Below the pieces are notes generated by a model. The model was not told the DNA's origin. It did no database searches and worked only from the letters and a program-made list of their open reading frames with translations. Of a stretch of DNA of 64,000 nucleotides, positions 27,312-36,461 are shown one piece after another. The DNA lies in assembly GCA_027075555.1 (NCBI GenBank), contig JALTAZ010000010.1, positions 2,496 to 66,495 on the forward strand, in the 5' to 3' direction. The stretch's first letter is position 1; each line of letters begins with the position of its first letter. This DNA is from Micavibrio sp. (GTDB taxonomy: Bacteria; Pseudomonadota; Alphaproteobacteria; Micavibrionales; Micavibrionaceae). The position numbers and the translations under genes are program-made.

Positions 27312-28685
27312 TCAACTTTGCCCTGCGGCAGGAATGTTTATACCATCATTTTTATACTGGTTTAATTTGTTACGCAAAGTTCGAATAGATATTCCTAATA
27401 TATTAGCTGCGTGTGTACGATTTCCTAAGCATTGATCCAATGTGTTTAGAATCATCTCTCTTTCTACATCTGAAATTTTTCTTCCAATAAAAGACTCAAC
27501 GCCACTTGTATTTTGTATATTCGTATCTTGTTTTTCCCCACTAGTTCTATTTTGAGAATTTGTCAAAGGAGAAGGGGCGCTAATTTCATCGCCTTGAATA
27601 AATATAGCACCAGCTTCTATCTCATTTTCATTAGACATCAATATTGCGCGATGCATTGTGTTTTCAAGTTCACGAATATTACCACGCCATTTGCATGATT
27701 TAAGTTTTTCTTGCGCTTCTTTTGATATTGATTTGCGTTCTAAATCATTAGATTCAGAGAATTTATCAGCAAAAAATTGTGCTAATCTAACTATGTCAGA
27801 GGGGCGTTCTCGCAACGGGGGGAGGGGTATGTTAACCACGTTAAGTCGGAAATATAAATCCTCACGAAAATCCCCTTTTTTAACAGATTCTTGTAAATTT
27901 CTGTTAGATGTGGCTAGAATGCGAACATCTACTTTAATGGTGTTATTACCACCTATACGGGTTATTTCTTTTTCTTGTATTGCCCGTAATAGCTTGGCTT
28001 GCAGTAGTGGGTGCATTTCACTAACCTCATCAAGGAGTATAGTTCCACCACTAGCTTCTTCAAATTTTCCAATTCTTCGTCCTGTAGCACCCGTAAACGC
28101 CCCTTTTTCATGTCCAAATAATTCAGATTCCAACAAGTTTTCAGGAATAGCTGCGCAGTTAACAGCAATAAATGCCCCATCTTTACGTTTTGATTTGTTG
28201 TGAATATAACGTGACATAACCTCCTTGCCTGTACCTGATTCACCAGTTATCATAATAGTGGCATCAGATGGAGCAACTTTATTAGCCAAGGTTATGATAG
28301 GCTTCATTGCAGGATCATCAGCAATCATAGAGTTATTTTCTTCTGTAACAGCTTCTAAAACAGCAGCTATTAATTCTGCATCGGGGGGCAATGGTATATA
28401 TTCTTTTGCTCCTTGTTGAATTGCTTTTACAGCTGATCTCGCATCGGTACTAACCCCACAAGCAATTACAGGAAGATGTATACGTTCTGTTTTTAGGCGT
28501 TCGATAAATTCACTAATTTTTTGTTTGACATCAATCATAACAAGATCAGCGCTCTTACCATTTAGTAACGCGCCAAATGCTTGATCCGTATCTTCACAAT
28601 GAATAACCTTAGCTCCGCGCTGTAAGGCTATTTTTCCAGCTTCAGAGATATGCCCATTTAGGCTACCAATAATCATTAAACGCAT
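27312..28685 (-). CDS. flbD: Sigma-54-dependent flagellar transcriptional activator FlbD
   Basis: Atypical receiver MRLMIIGSLNGHISEAGKIALQRGAKV...ADLVMIDV, as in Caulobacter FlbD. AAA+ core with GESGTGKE, GAFTGA and ESELFGHEKGAFTG, and a C-terminal Fis-type HTH. The ATG at 28685 sits 9 nt after AGGAG; the track start at 28706 is TTG. Confidence 0.85.
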   Translation of the reverse strand: MRLMIIGSLNGHISEAGKIALQRGAKVIHCEDTDQAFGALLNGKSADLVMIDVKQKISEFIERLKTERIHLPVIACGVSTDARSAVKAIQQGAKEYIPLPPDAELIAAVLEAVTEENNSMIADDPAMKPIITLANKVAPSDATIMITGESGTGKEVMSRYIHNKSKRKDGAFIAVNCAAIPENLLESELFGHEKGAFTGATGRRIGKFEEASGGTILLDEVSEMHPLLQAKLLRAIQEKEITRIGGNNTIKVDVRILATSNRNLQESVKKGDFREDLYFRLNVVNIPLPPLRERPSDIVRLAQFFADKFSESNDLERKSISKEAQEKLKSCKWRGNIRELENTMHRAILMSNENEIEAGAIFIQGDEISAPSPLTNSQNRTSGEKQDTNIQNTSGVESFIGRKISDVEREMILNTLDQCLGNRTHAANILGISIRTLRNKLNQYKNDGINIPAAGQS

Positions 28686-28768
28686 GTTATTTTGCTCCTG
28701 CTGCAAAAGAGTAGAAAAATCTATAATATTTACTATAGAACAACTTTTTCAAGCTATAATATTATCTT

Positions 28769-29452
28769 ATGACACAACTAGATTATATACCAGAGGGGTA
28801 TGAGCAAATAAAGGTGGTTGATAATCTGTTTTCGTTTTTCAAGACAGATTTTGAGCCTAAAGCCAATATTGTTCTTTATCCAAGAAGGTTAACAGGTAAT
28901 TTTGATAGGTTAGCTGTTGAAATGGCAAATTTTTTTGATTTAAAGGAAGGGAAGCTTTTTATCAAATATAGTGAATGCAGCAAGATTCAATATTTTCAAA
29001 AGCAAGTAAAGGATAAAGATATATACAAAGCCGTAGATATAATATTATCTGATATGGAGTGCTTGTACTTTGCACGGGTTAAAACTCATATGCGTTTGGT
29101 TGTTAATGAGTATAAAAAGCATCATGATGTTCATGAGTTTCATGTTGATGGTCTAAATCAGGATTTTGATCGCTTTATTGTCTGCTATAATGATCCAGTA
29201 ACGCAATTTGTGCGTAATGATGATGTAATTATGGTTTCTGGTAATAATGTAAAGGTCAAGGATAATGCCCCTACATATCAGTTTGCATCAGGTGATATGT
29301 GGAAGGCGCGTGTGCGTAACAAACAACGAAACAGTGCCGATGATTTTCTTGGTAAAATTTTACGAGATAAAGAACGCCGCGCTTTTGTGCACAGGGCTTT
29401 GCGTTCTAATCTACCAAGAATTTTGGTTGTAGGTGATAAAAGATTAAATTAG
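28769..29452 (+). CDS. Hypothetical protein with a possible HxD...H metal triad
   Basis: 227-aa ORF on the opposite strand to the flanking flagellar genes. EFHVDG and FVHRA give a candidate 2-His-1-carboxylate arrangement. I have a vague recollection of DUF1826-like proteins, but this is not verifiable here. Confidence 0.4.
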   Translation: MTQLDYIPEGYEQIKVVDNLFSFFKTDFEPKANIVLYPRRLTGNFDRLAVEMANFFDLKEGKLFIKYSECSKIQYFQKQVKDKDIYKAVDIILSDMECLYFARVKTHMRLVVNEYKKHHDVHEFHVDGLNQDFDRFIVCYNDPVTQFVRNDDVIMVSGNNVKVKDNAPTYQFASGDMWKARVRNKQRNSADDFLGKILRDKERRAFVHRALRSNLPRILVVGDKRLN

Positions 29453-29466
29453 CAATTATTCAATTG

Positions 29467-30300
29467 CTATTTGAAATAACTTATTCGCTTTGATGGTGGT
29501 AGTAAACTATTTATCATCATTTCTAAATTACGCGGATTTTCATGCCTAAGCATTGATTGAACTGTTTTTAGGGTCATCATTTTAGCCATAACATCATCAT
29601 CGGCATTTTTTTCAATTTTTGCAGCCAACGGAGCCATGACAATAGTTCCTAATATCGCGCCATAAAATGTTGTAAGAAGGGCTATTGCCATTGACGGACC
29701 AATAGCATCTGGGTTATCAAGATCTGCAAGCATTTGCACAAGTCCGATTAGTGTTCCAATTAAACCCATGGCAGGGGCAATTTCAGACCCTTTGCGCAAG
29801 ATGCTTGCGGCTCTTTTATGATTTTCTTCTTCCTTGTCAATTTGAAGCCGCAAAATACGCTTCAAGTCTTCTTCACTATATCCATCAACGACAAGACGTA
29901 TGGCGTAGTCTAAAAAAGGTTCATTTTTGGTTTGTTTTTCGTAATTAGACAGAGCCAATAATCCTTTTTTACGCGCTATTATAGCAAGATCAATCATGCT
30001 TTTTGCGAGAGAAGGGAAATTTCTAACTGGTCTAACTACTACTGTAGAAATAATTTTAATTGCCCCTTTTAATTCTTCTCCATTAAACGATATGCATGTA
30101 GCCGTAATTGTTCCAAGCAGAACAATTAGAAGTGATGGTATATTTATGAATTTTGCTTCACTAGGGTTATAAAAAATAGCCCCAACAATCATGCCAAAAG
30201 TAAAAACTAGCCCTAAAATAGTTGCAAGATCAGGCATAGTGGTGATGCTTGGTACATTAACAGCAGGTAATTTTATATCTTCTTGTTCGGACTCTGCCAT
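29467..30300 (-). CDS. motA: Flagellar stator A subunit (MotA/PomA family)
   Basis: From M22, MPDLATILGLVFTFGMIVGAI... resembles PomA/MotA N-termini. The MotA/TolQ/ExbB channel block is APAMGLIGTLIGLVQML. The start is uncertain (30300 or 30237). Confidence 0.75.
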   Translation of the reverse strand: MAESEQEDIKLPAVNVPSITTMPDLATILGLVFTFGMIVGAIFYNPSEAKFINIPSLLIVLLGTITATCISFNGEELKGAIKIISTVVVRPVRNFPSLAKSMIDLAIIARKKGLLALSNYEKQTKNEPFLDYAIRLVVDGYSEEDLKRILRLQIDKEEENHKRAASILRKGSEIAPAMGLIGTLIGLVQMLADLDNPDAIGPSMAIALLTTFYGAILGTIVMAPLAAKIEKNADDDVMAKMMTLKTVQSMLRHENPRNLEMMINSLLPPSKRISYFK

Positions 30301-30394
30301 GGTTATTATGCAATCCTTGTATCAATAATAGCTAGTAGTAATAATTGAATAAGTAGTTTTACGCAGTTATGAAATTAAATACTCACTTAAAATA

Positions 30395-30799
30395 TTAGGT
30401 ACGGTCAGATTTGACAATTTCTGTCATTGTAATTCCAAGTTTATCTTCAACAACAACAACTTCACCTCGGGCAACAAGACGGTTATTAACATAAATATCA
30501 ATTGCTTCTCCCACCTTGCGGTCAAGCTCAATAACCGCTCCGCGACCTAGTTTTAATAGCTGGCTAACTTGCATGGTAGAGCGCCCTAAAACGGCGGAAA
30601 CATTAACAGGAATATCGTAAATTGCGGTAACATCACCTGCCATGGCTTCCCCAATGGCAAACTCCTTATCATCGCTCTTGTTCTTAAGCTCTTCAGGCTC
30701 ACTTATTTCATCAAGATTCAGGTCACTACTTTCTGATGAAGGAGGATCTCCAAACATATTGTCTATGTCATCTTGATTTGCATTATTATCATCGGCCAT
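30395..30799 (-). CDS. fliN: Flagellar motor switch protein FliN
   Basis: C-terminal SpoA block IPVNVSAVLGRSTMQVSQLLKLGRGAVIELDRKVGEAIDIYVNNRLVARGEVVVVEDKLGITMTEI. Confidence 0.9.
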   Translation of the reverse strand: MADDNNANQDDIDNMFGDPPSSESSDLNLDEISEPEELKNKSDDKEFAIGEAMAGDVTAIYDIPVNVSAVLGRSTMQVSQLLKLGRGAVIELDRKVGEAIDIYVNNRLVARGEVVVVEDKLGITMTEIVKSDRT

Positions 30800-31474
30800 T
30801 TATGTTTCTCCAAGTTTGTTATTATCCTTATTTCCTTGCTCATAGCCATCATGAAGGCTTATGCCACGCTCTGCAAGAGATTGCTTTAAAATATCAAATA
30901 TTTTTTCTGCTGTTGCATCGCGGTTACAAATTATTCCCCCTCTAGGCCAGTTGATACGACAATCATTATTTGAAAGAGAATTATCAATTTTTAATGATAT
31001 TTTCTTATGAAGAACTTCTTCTTGAGTTTTAAGAAATACTGACAATGCCTCATTTAGCTCTTTATTAAGGCTGATTGATATTTTTTCAGGGATCATGTTA
31101 TCTGATAGGGCTGCAACAATTGATTGTTTTAATTCCTCATGACCATATTTTTCCATATAGTGAGGAAAAGCCTTTGTAAAGAGTTTTGAAGTCAAATATA
31201 TTACTTCATCTTCATATAATTTATTTCTTTTTTCTTCAGCAGTGAATAATATTGATATGTTTTGATCAATTTTTTGCAATATATTAAGCATCTTACTGGT
31301 GATAGAATCTTGGCTTTCTTCAAAACCAGATTTTTTTCCTTCTTCAAATGCTGCTTTTTGTGCCTGCTCCATTTCGCCTTTTGTAAATTCAGGCTGTTCG
31401 GCAATTTCATCTTCTGATAATTGATAATCATCATCAAATATATTTGAATCAAAGAAAAATGGCTGTCCTTTCAT
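30800..31474 (-). CDS. fliH: Flagellar assembly protein FliH (FlbE-position protein)
   Basis: 224-aa acidic/coiled protein between fliG and fliN. The stop abuts the fliN ATG. This matches the fliF-fliG-fliH-fliN order of alphaproteobacteria. Confidence 0.55.
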   Translation of the reverse strand: MKGQPFFFDSNIFDDDYQLSEDEIAEQPEFTKGEMEQAQKAAFEEGKKSGFEESQDSITSKMLNILQKIDQNISILFTAEEKRNKLYEDEVIYLTSKLFTKAFPHYMEKYGHEELKQSIVAALSDNMIPEKISISLNKELNEALSVFLKTQEEVLHKKISLKIDNSLSNNDCRINWPRGGIICNRDATAEKIFDILKQSLAERGISLHDGYEQGNKDNNKLGET

Positions 31475-31510
31475 GGCGTTTTTGTCCTTGGTGCTTTTTT
31501 GTTAATTATT

Positions 31511-32536
31511 TTAGGCAATCATTTCTTCTTCACCAGATCCTGTATTTATGGTTATCTCACCTCTTGTTTCCAAGTCCTTTGTAACGGTAACAATATATTG
31601 CTGCGCTTCTTCAACTTCTTTTAATCTAACAGGGCCCATAGCAGCCATATCCTCTTTCATAATTTTGGCTGCGCGTTCTGACATATTGTCAAAAAACAAA
31701 TCTTTTAAACTATCCGTAGCACCTTTCAATGCCAAAGGTAGTTTTTCTTTATCCACGGCGCGAATAACTGTTTGTATAGAGGCGGGGTCAAGATTAAGAA
31801 GATCCTCAAAGGTAAACATAAGGCTGCGGATTTTTTCAGCAGAATCTGGGGTTATTTTTTCCAATTCTTCCATAAACCTAGTTTCAACCGCACGCTCCAT
31901 GTTGTTAAATATATCGGCAATAAGCTCATGGCTGTCACGACGCTGCGTCCGTGCAAGGTTAGACATAAATTCCTTGCGTAGGGTCTTTTCAACTTCTTCT
32001 AGAATTTCTTTTTGAACCGTCTCCATTTTAAGCATACGGTTTATAACTTCAAGGGCAAACCCATCTGGTAAAATAGCCAAAACTCTAGCTGCGTGATCTG
32101 TTGAAACCTTTGATAAAACAACGGCAACAGTTTGGGGGTATTCTTTTTGTAGAAAGTTGGCTAAAATCTCTTCATTTACATTACCAAGCTTTTCCCACAT
32201 AGTGCGCCCTGCAGGACCTCGAATTTCCTCCATTATTATATCAATTTTTTCTTTAGAAAGACCAGATTTTAAAAGCAGGCGTTCCGTGCTATCTTGCGAT
32301 CCAACTAGGGTGCTAGTAGAGCTCATTTGTTCCGTGAACTCAATGAAAAGGCGTTCAACTACGCTAGGACCAATTTTTCCTAATCCTGATATTATTTGTG
32401 ATAATTCTAATATCTCGTCATCATCCATATGGTTAAATATTTGTGCGGTATGTTCTTCACTTAGTGAAAGCACAAATATAGCGGCCTTTTCTGGGCCTGA
32501 TAACGAACGATAATCATCTCTAACACGGACACTCAT
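31511..32536 (-). CDS. fliG: Flagellar motor switch protein FliG
   Basis: [23 protein letters not shown], the MFTFEDL motif, and the charged C-terminal helix region. 341 aa. Confidence 0.9.
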   Translation of the reverse strand: MSVRVRDDYRSLSGPEKAAIFVLSLSEEHTAQIFNHMDDDEILELSQIISGLGKIGPSVVERLFIEFTEQMSSTSTLVGSQDSTERLLLKSGLSKEKIDIIMEEIRGPAGRTMWEKLGNVNEEILANFLQKEYPQTVAVVLSKVSTDHAARVLAILPDGFALEVINRMLKMETVQKEILEEVEKTLRKEFMSNLARTQRRDSHELIADIFNNMERAVETRFMEELEKITPDSAEKIRSLMFTFEDLLNLDPASIQTVIRAVDKEKLPLALKGATDSLKDLFFDNMSERAAKIMKEDMAAMGPVRLKEVEEAQQYIVTVTKDLETRGEITINTGSGEEEMIA

Positions 32537-32542
32537 CTGATA

Positions 32543-34234
32543 CTAGCTCTCCTGTGACATCCAACTTCTAATAACTGATACGGTCTCAGTTGGATAGCTT
32601 TCTACTATTTCTTCAACTTTTTTAACAGTAGAAGCCTTAACCTTACCTTCAATGCCTTGAATATTTATTAGAGAATCATCTTCTTCTGTAACAACAGGAT
32701 TATTTGTAATTGGAGGGAGTGGTTGACCATCAGCACCTAACTGTTGTTGTTGCGGGGGAGCTAATGCCGGATTGGCTGGAGATGCCGATAATAGATCATG
32801 CTGTAGAAGCTCATCAAGCCCTGCAACGGGTTTATTTAAACTCTCCATATTCATAAGTTTAGATACCATTGGCTGTATAACAAGAACAACAACAAGGATT
32901 AACATAATAGCAACAACTATCATCTCTGCAGCATCGATAAGATCACTTTTCTCAAATCCAAACAACATGCGATCATCGGCAACATCTTCTGCTGTGTCAA
33001 TTTGTGCAAATTGAAGATTTGCAATTTCAATTACATCACCACGATTTTCATCGAACCCTACCGCAGTTTTTACCAATGCTGCAATTTTATCCATTTCATC
33101 TTTTGATCTAGGTTCATAAACTTTATTTCCATCTCCATCTTCTTTATAACGACCATCAACTAATACTGATACAGAAAGCTTTTTTATATGACCTGATTGT
33201 CTAACCGTACTTTTAATAGTTTTACTTATTTCATAATTTACAACTTCTTCACTTTTTGAAGATTCTAGGCTAGGAGAATCACCAGAGAGTAAATTACCAC
33301 CAACACCAGGCAGGTTGTTGCCAACGGATACATTATCTGATGCAGGTTCTCTTTCCTTATTATCTTCTTGGGTTGTTTGTGATGATCTTAAAACCTGCCC
33401 TGCGGGGTCATATATTTCTTCGTTCATGCTTATTTGATCAAAATTCATATCAGCATTAATAATGGCTGTAACCTTTCCAAAACCAACTATCCTGCTTATT
33501 TGGTCTTCTATTTGTCTTTGCAGGCGTCTTTCATAGTTGCGCCTTAAATCTTCAGTTTTTAATGACATAACACTTTCATTATCCCCGTTGGCTTTTGCTA
33601 ATAAATTACCATTGCTGTCTATAACTGAAACATTAGAAGATTTTAAATTGGGGACAGCAGATGCCACTATTGATTGAATTGCCTGTATCTGTGATTTTTC
33701 TATAGAAGATCCTGATTTTATTCCAAGAAATACGCTAGCTGATGATGAACGTGTATTTTTGCTAAATAATTCTCTTTTGGGGATAACAATATGAACGCGT
33801 GCACTACGAACACTATCTAGTGAACTAATTGTTCTTGCTAGTTCGCCTTCTAGTGCTCTTACTTGGTTTATGTTTTGTATGAAATTGGTCGTACCAAATC
33901 CCGATTGCTTGTCAAAAATCTCATATCCCATAGACCCGCCATTTGGAAGCCCAGCATCAGCAAGCAACATACGAGCTCGTCCAACCTCATTTCCTGGAAC
34001 TAAAATGCGAGAACCATCTGCGGAAATTTCATAGGGAATTTGAGTTTCTTCAAGTTTAGCCGCAACAGCTCCAGAGTCAGTTGATGATAGGTCTGTATAT
34101 AACAACTTCATTTCCGGAGTGGTTATACGCATTGACAAAAACACAAAAAACATAAGTAGGCTAAGCACAATAGCGCCCATAACACCCAAGCGCGCCGGAC
34201 CTAATTGTTGTAATGTTGCGACAAAGTTATTCAC
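32543..34234 (-). CDS. fliF: Flagellar M-S ring protein FliF
   Basis: (V)NNFVATLQQLGPARLGVMGAIVLSLLMFF matches FliF N-termini. YscJ/FliF blocks are present, and a C-terminal TM. Both candidate starts are GTG (34297 and 34234); 34234 fits homolog N-termini better. Confidence 0.85.
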   Translation of the reverse strand: MNNFVATLQQLGPARLGVMGAIVLSLLMFFVFLSMRITTPEMKLLYTDLSSTDSGAVAAKLEETQIPYEISADGSRILVPGNEVGRARMLLADAGLPNGGSMGYEIFDKQSGFGTTNFIQNINQVRALEGELARTISSLDSVRSARVHIVIPKRELFSKNTRSSSASVFLGIKSGSSIEKSQIQAIQSIVASAVPNLKSSNVSVIDSNGNLLAKANGDNESVMSLKTEDLRRNYERRLQRQIEDQISRIVGFGKVTAIINADMNFDQISMNEEIYDPAGQVLRSSQTTQEDNKEREPASDNVSVGNNLPGVGGNLLSGDSPSLESSKSEEVVNYEISKTIKSTVRQSGHIKKLSVSVLVDGRYKEDGDGNKVYEPRSKDEMDKIAALVKTAVGFDENRGDVIEIANLQFAQIDTAEDVADDRMLFGFEKSDLIDAAEMIVVAIMLILVVVLVIQPMVSKLMNMESLNKPVAGLDELLQHDLLSASPANPALAPPQQQQLGADGQPLPPITNNPVVTEEDDSLINIQGIEGKVKASTVKKVEEIVESYPTETVSVIRSWMSQES

Positions 34235-34543
34235 GGATAATACCTTTTTGAAAAACGCTGAAATTATAACGATATTAAGCGCATAATAGTATAACACAAA
34301 AACATTGCATTAGACGAGGGGGGGATTCGTCAAAACACTTATATAAATTACTGTAGTTTTTGAATTCTGGCAAATGGCAATATAAAAATTTAGTTATACA
34401 AAGATATTTACAAGATATTTCATAGCAAAAATAACATGACTTGACTTTATGGTAATAATATAGTACTGTGATAGTAGGGTAGTATATCAGAATTCTGTGT
34501 TTTTGGAAGTCTGATTGATAGTAGAAAGGTTAGGGTTGCGCTC

Positions 34544-35029
34544 ATGATTGATGCGGTGAATTCTACAATTGCAAATACGTTACCAATGCGCTCGGGTGTG
34601 TCTTTGGACGGCGTTGAGCCACCTGTGCCTTCAGAAGCTCCGCGTGCTCCGCAAGCCCCTTTTGTTTCCCCTTACATTGCGGTTGATTTGGATTTTGACA
34701 AGGCTGTTTTACAAATTCGTGATTCTGAAACGGGAGATGTTAAACAACAATTCCCAACACAAAGCCGTTTAATTCAGCTTAGCCGTGCACAAGAGCGTTT
34801 AGAAGTTGCTCAGGCGTCTCAGCGGCAAGACCAGAATTCATACGTTGAATCTATAGCGCAGCAGACTCAACAGGTGTCAGATGTTGTCACTATACAAGAT
34901 ATAACCTCATCTCTGGCATCTAATCAGTCATTGCCTGCACCACAAATAGCTGCGGCGGCGTTATCTACAGGGGCGCAATCTGCTCAAACAAATGTGAACA
35001 CTGGCGCTAGCGTTAGTGTTCTTGCTTAG
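34544..35029 (+). CDS. Putative FlaG-like flagellar protein
   Basis: 161 aa. SPYIAVDLDFDKAVLQIRDSETGDVKQQFPTQSRL resembles the FlaG core (F.vd....vv.v.D..TgEvirQiP). It is divergent from fliF. Confidence 0.4.
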   Translation: MIDAVNSTIANTLPMRSGVSLDGVEPPVPSEAPRAPQAPFVSPYIAVDLDFDKAVLQIRDSETGDVKQQFPTQSRLIQLSRAQERLEVAQASQRQDQNSYVESIAQQTQQVSDVVTIQDITSSLASNQSLPAPQIAAAALSTGAQSAQTNVNTGASVSVLA

Positions 35030-35254
35030 GAAACAATATTAAATAATTGATATTATTAAACCTTAAATTTTTTTATTTTCCTTTTTGTGGTGCTTGGAAT
35101 GTGGGCTATTGGTAGAGCTTCTTCTTGTGAATGAAAGAATAAAAAATAAAAATTTAAAAAAGGAGGAAGGGTAAAAAGCCAGAATAACAGGCTTATCTAG
35201 CTTTTTTATTTTATTTTGTTTTGAAATCATTTTTAAAATTTTTTATAAGCACGT

Positions 35255-35279
35255 AAAAATCGCGGGGCGTATCCCGTGG
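35255..35279 (-). terminator. Candidate intrinsic terminator after the DUF1013 gene
   Basis: Minus strand: CCACGGGATACGCCCCGCG followed by ATTTTTA. This gives a short GC stem (CGGG/CCCG) with a 6-nt loop, 8 nt after the stop codon. Confidence 0.35.
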
Positions 35280-35286
35280 AGATTCA

Positions 35287-35982
35287 CTAACTGTTTTCTG
35301 AATTAGAATCTTCAGGCAAGAAGTTAGAAAAATCAAAACCCGCGCTTGATCCTTTGGAAGGTTCGTTTTCCTGGGGAGCGTCAAGCCCTTTTTGTATTTC
35401 AGCTTCACGCTCAGCCTTTATTGCTTCGGGATCTTTACCTGCTGCTTTTAGGCCTTTATTATATGCTTTTTCAAATTCCGAATAAGTACACAGCCCAAGT
35501 TCTGCTGGGTGGCGCGGTCGTAAATTGGAACTATTAGGGTGAGACCTATCACGAATAGATGCAATAGTTGGTTTTGTAGTGCCAACAAGTTTACATATCT
35601 GAGCATCTGAAATCTCAGGATTATGCTTTATAATATAAGCTATAGCATCAGGCTTATCACCACGTTTTGAAACAGGAGTATATCTAGGGCCTTTAGAGCG
35701 AATCTTTGCACAAGGCAAGTCACGCTTTGCCATTTTTAAAGATGCAAGAGGGTCAGCCTCACAACGTTCAAGCTCACTTTTAGTTATTTCGCCATGCTCT
35801 ATTGGATCTCTGCCAACAATACCTTTGCCAATCTCTTCATTTGCTAAAGCTTCAACTTCTATTTCTGTAATGCCCGTGAAATCAGCAATTTGTCTGAATG
35901 TTAATGCTGTATTTTCAATTAACCATATAGATGTTGCCTTTGGCATAAGTAACTGTGGGGTCTGTTGTGCGGCCTTGGCCAT
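35287..35982 (-). CDS. DUF1013-family protein (TrcR-like cell-cycle transcriptional regulator of alphaproteobacteria)
   Basis: LLMPKATSIWLIENTALTFRQIADFTGITEIEVEALANEEIGKGIVGRDPIEHGEIT matches my recollection of the conserved DUF1013 N-terminus. A second repeat is KPDAIAYIIKHNPEISDAQICKLVGTTKPTIASIRDRSH. Confidence 0.65.
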   Translation of the reverse strand: MAKAAQQTPQLLMPKATSIWLIENTALTFRQIADFTGITEIEVEALANEEIGKGIVGRDPIEHGEITKSELERCEADPLASLKMAKRDLPCAKIRSKGPRYTPVSKRGDKPDAIAYIIKHNPEISDAQICKLVGTTKPTIASIRDRSHPNSSNLRPRHPAELGLCTYSEFEKAYNKGLKAAGKDPEAIKAEREAEIQKGLDAPQENEPSKGSSAGFDFSNFLPEDSNSENS

Positions 35983-36220
35983 TTTTATCTCCTTATAAAA
36001 GGTCTTTCAATATATGTTTAACTGAGCCTGTCCCTTGGCTCATTATTTAATAAATATCAAAAATATATAGGGAACTTGTGTCTTATAAGTGATATTTTTT
36101 ATAAAAGCTAGTTTTTTTTTGCTTTAAGTTGTGTTTGATATATGGATTGATTTTAAAGAGATATAATCTTATCTTTGCTCTGATGAGCGATTTTTTGTAA
36201 CCTTATTAAAGTTTTATAAT

Positions 36221-36403
36221 ATGTTTGATGAAGATTTACCCAAACCAAAGTGTGATAATGGTTTGCCACGTAGTTTAGATGATATGTCTATTTCTGATCT
36301 TGAAGAATATATTAATGATCTAGAAGCTGAAATTTCTAGAGTCAGGAGTGATATAGATAGGAAAAAAGCATCGAGTCAAGCGGCAGATTCGTTTTTCAAA
36401 TAA
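36221..36403 (+). CDS. DUF1192-family small protein
   Basis: 60 aa. LDDMSISDLEEYINDLEAEISRVRSDIDRKKAS matches the DUF1192 pattern conserved in alphaproteobacteria. Confidence 0.6.
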   Translation: MFDEDLPKPKCDNGLPRSLDDMSISDLEEYINDLEAEISRVRSDIDRKKASSQAADSFFK

Positions 36404-36461
36404 ATCATTATTTTATTACTAATCTAATAAAGAACAGGGAAATAAAGAACAGGGGAAAAAT

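Noticed and set aside
34366-34382. Sigma-54 promoter-like TGGCAAATGGCAAT upstream of the FlaG-like gene.
   Set aside because: The GG and GC elements are 8 nt apart instead of 11, and there is no TTGC at the -12 position.
35211-35408. 65-aa ORF overlapping the 3' end of the DUF1013 gene.
   Set aside because: It is on the same strand but out of frame with a well-supported gene, and it spans the putative terminator. It has no recognisable features.
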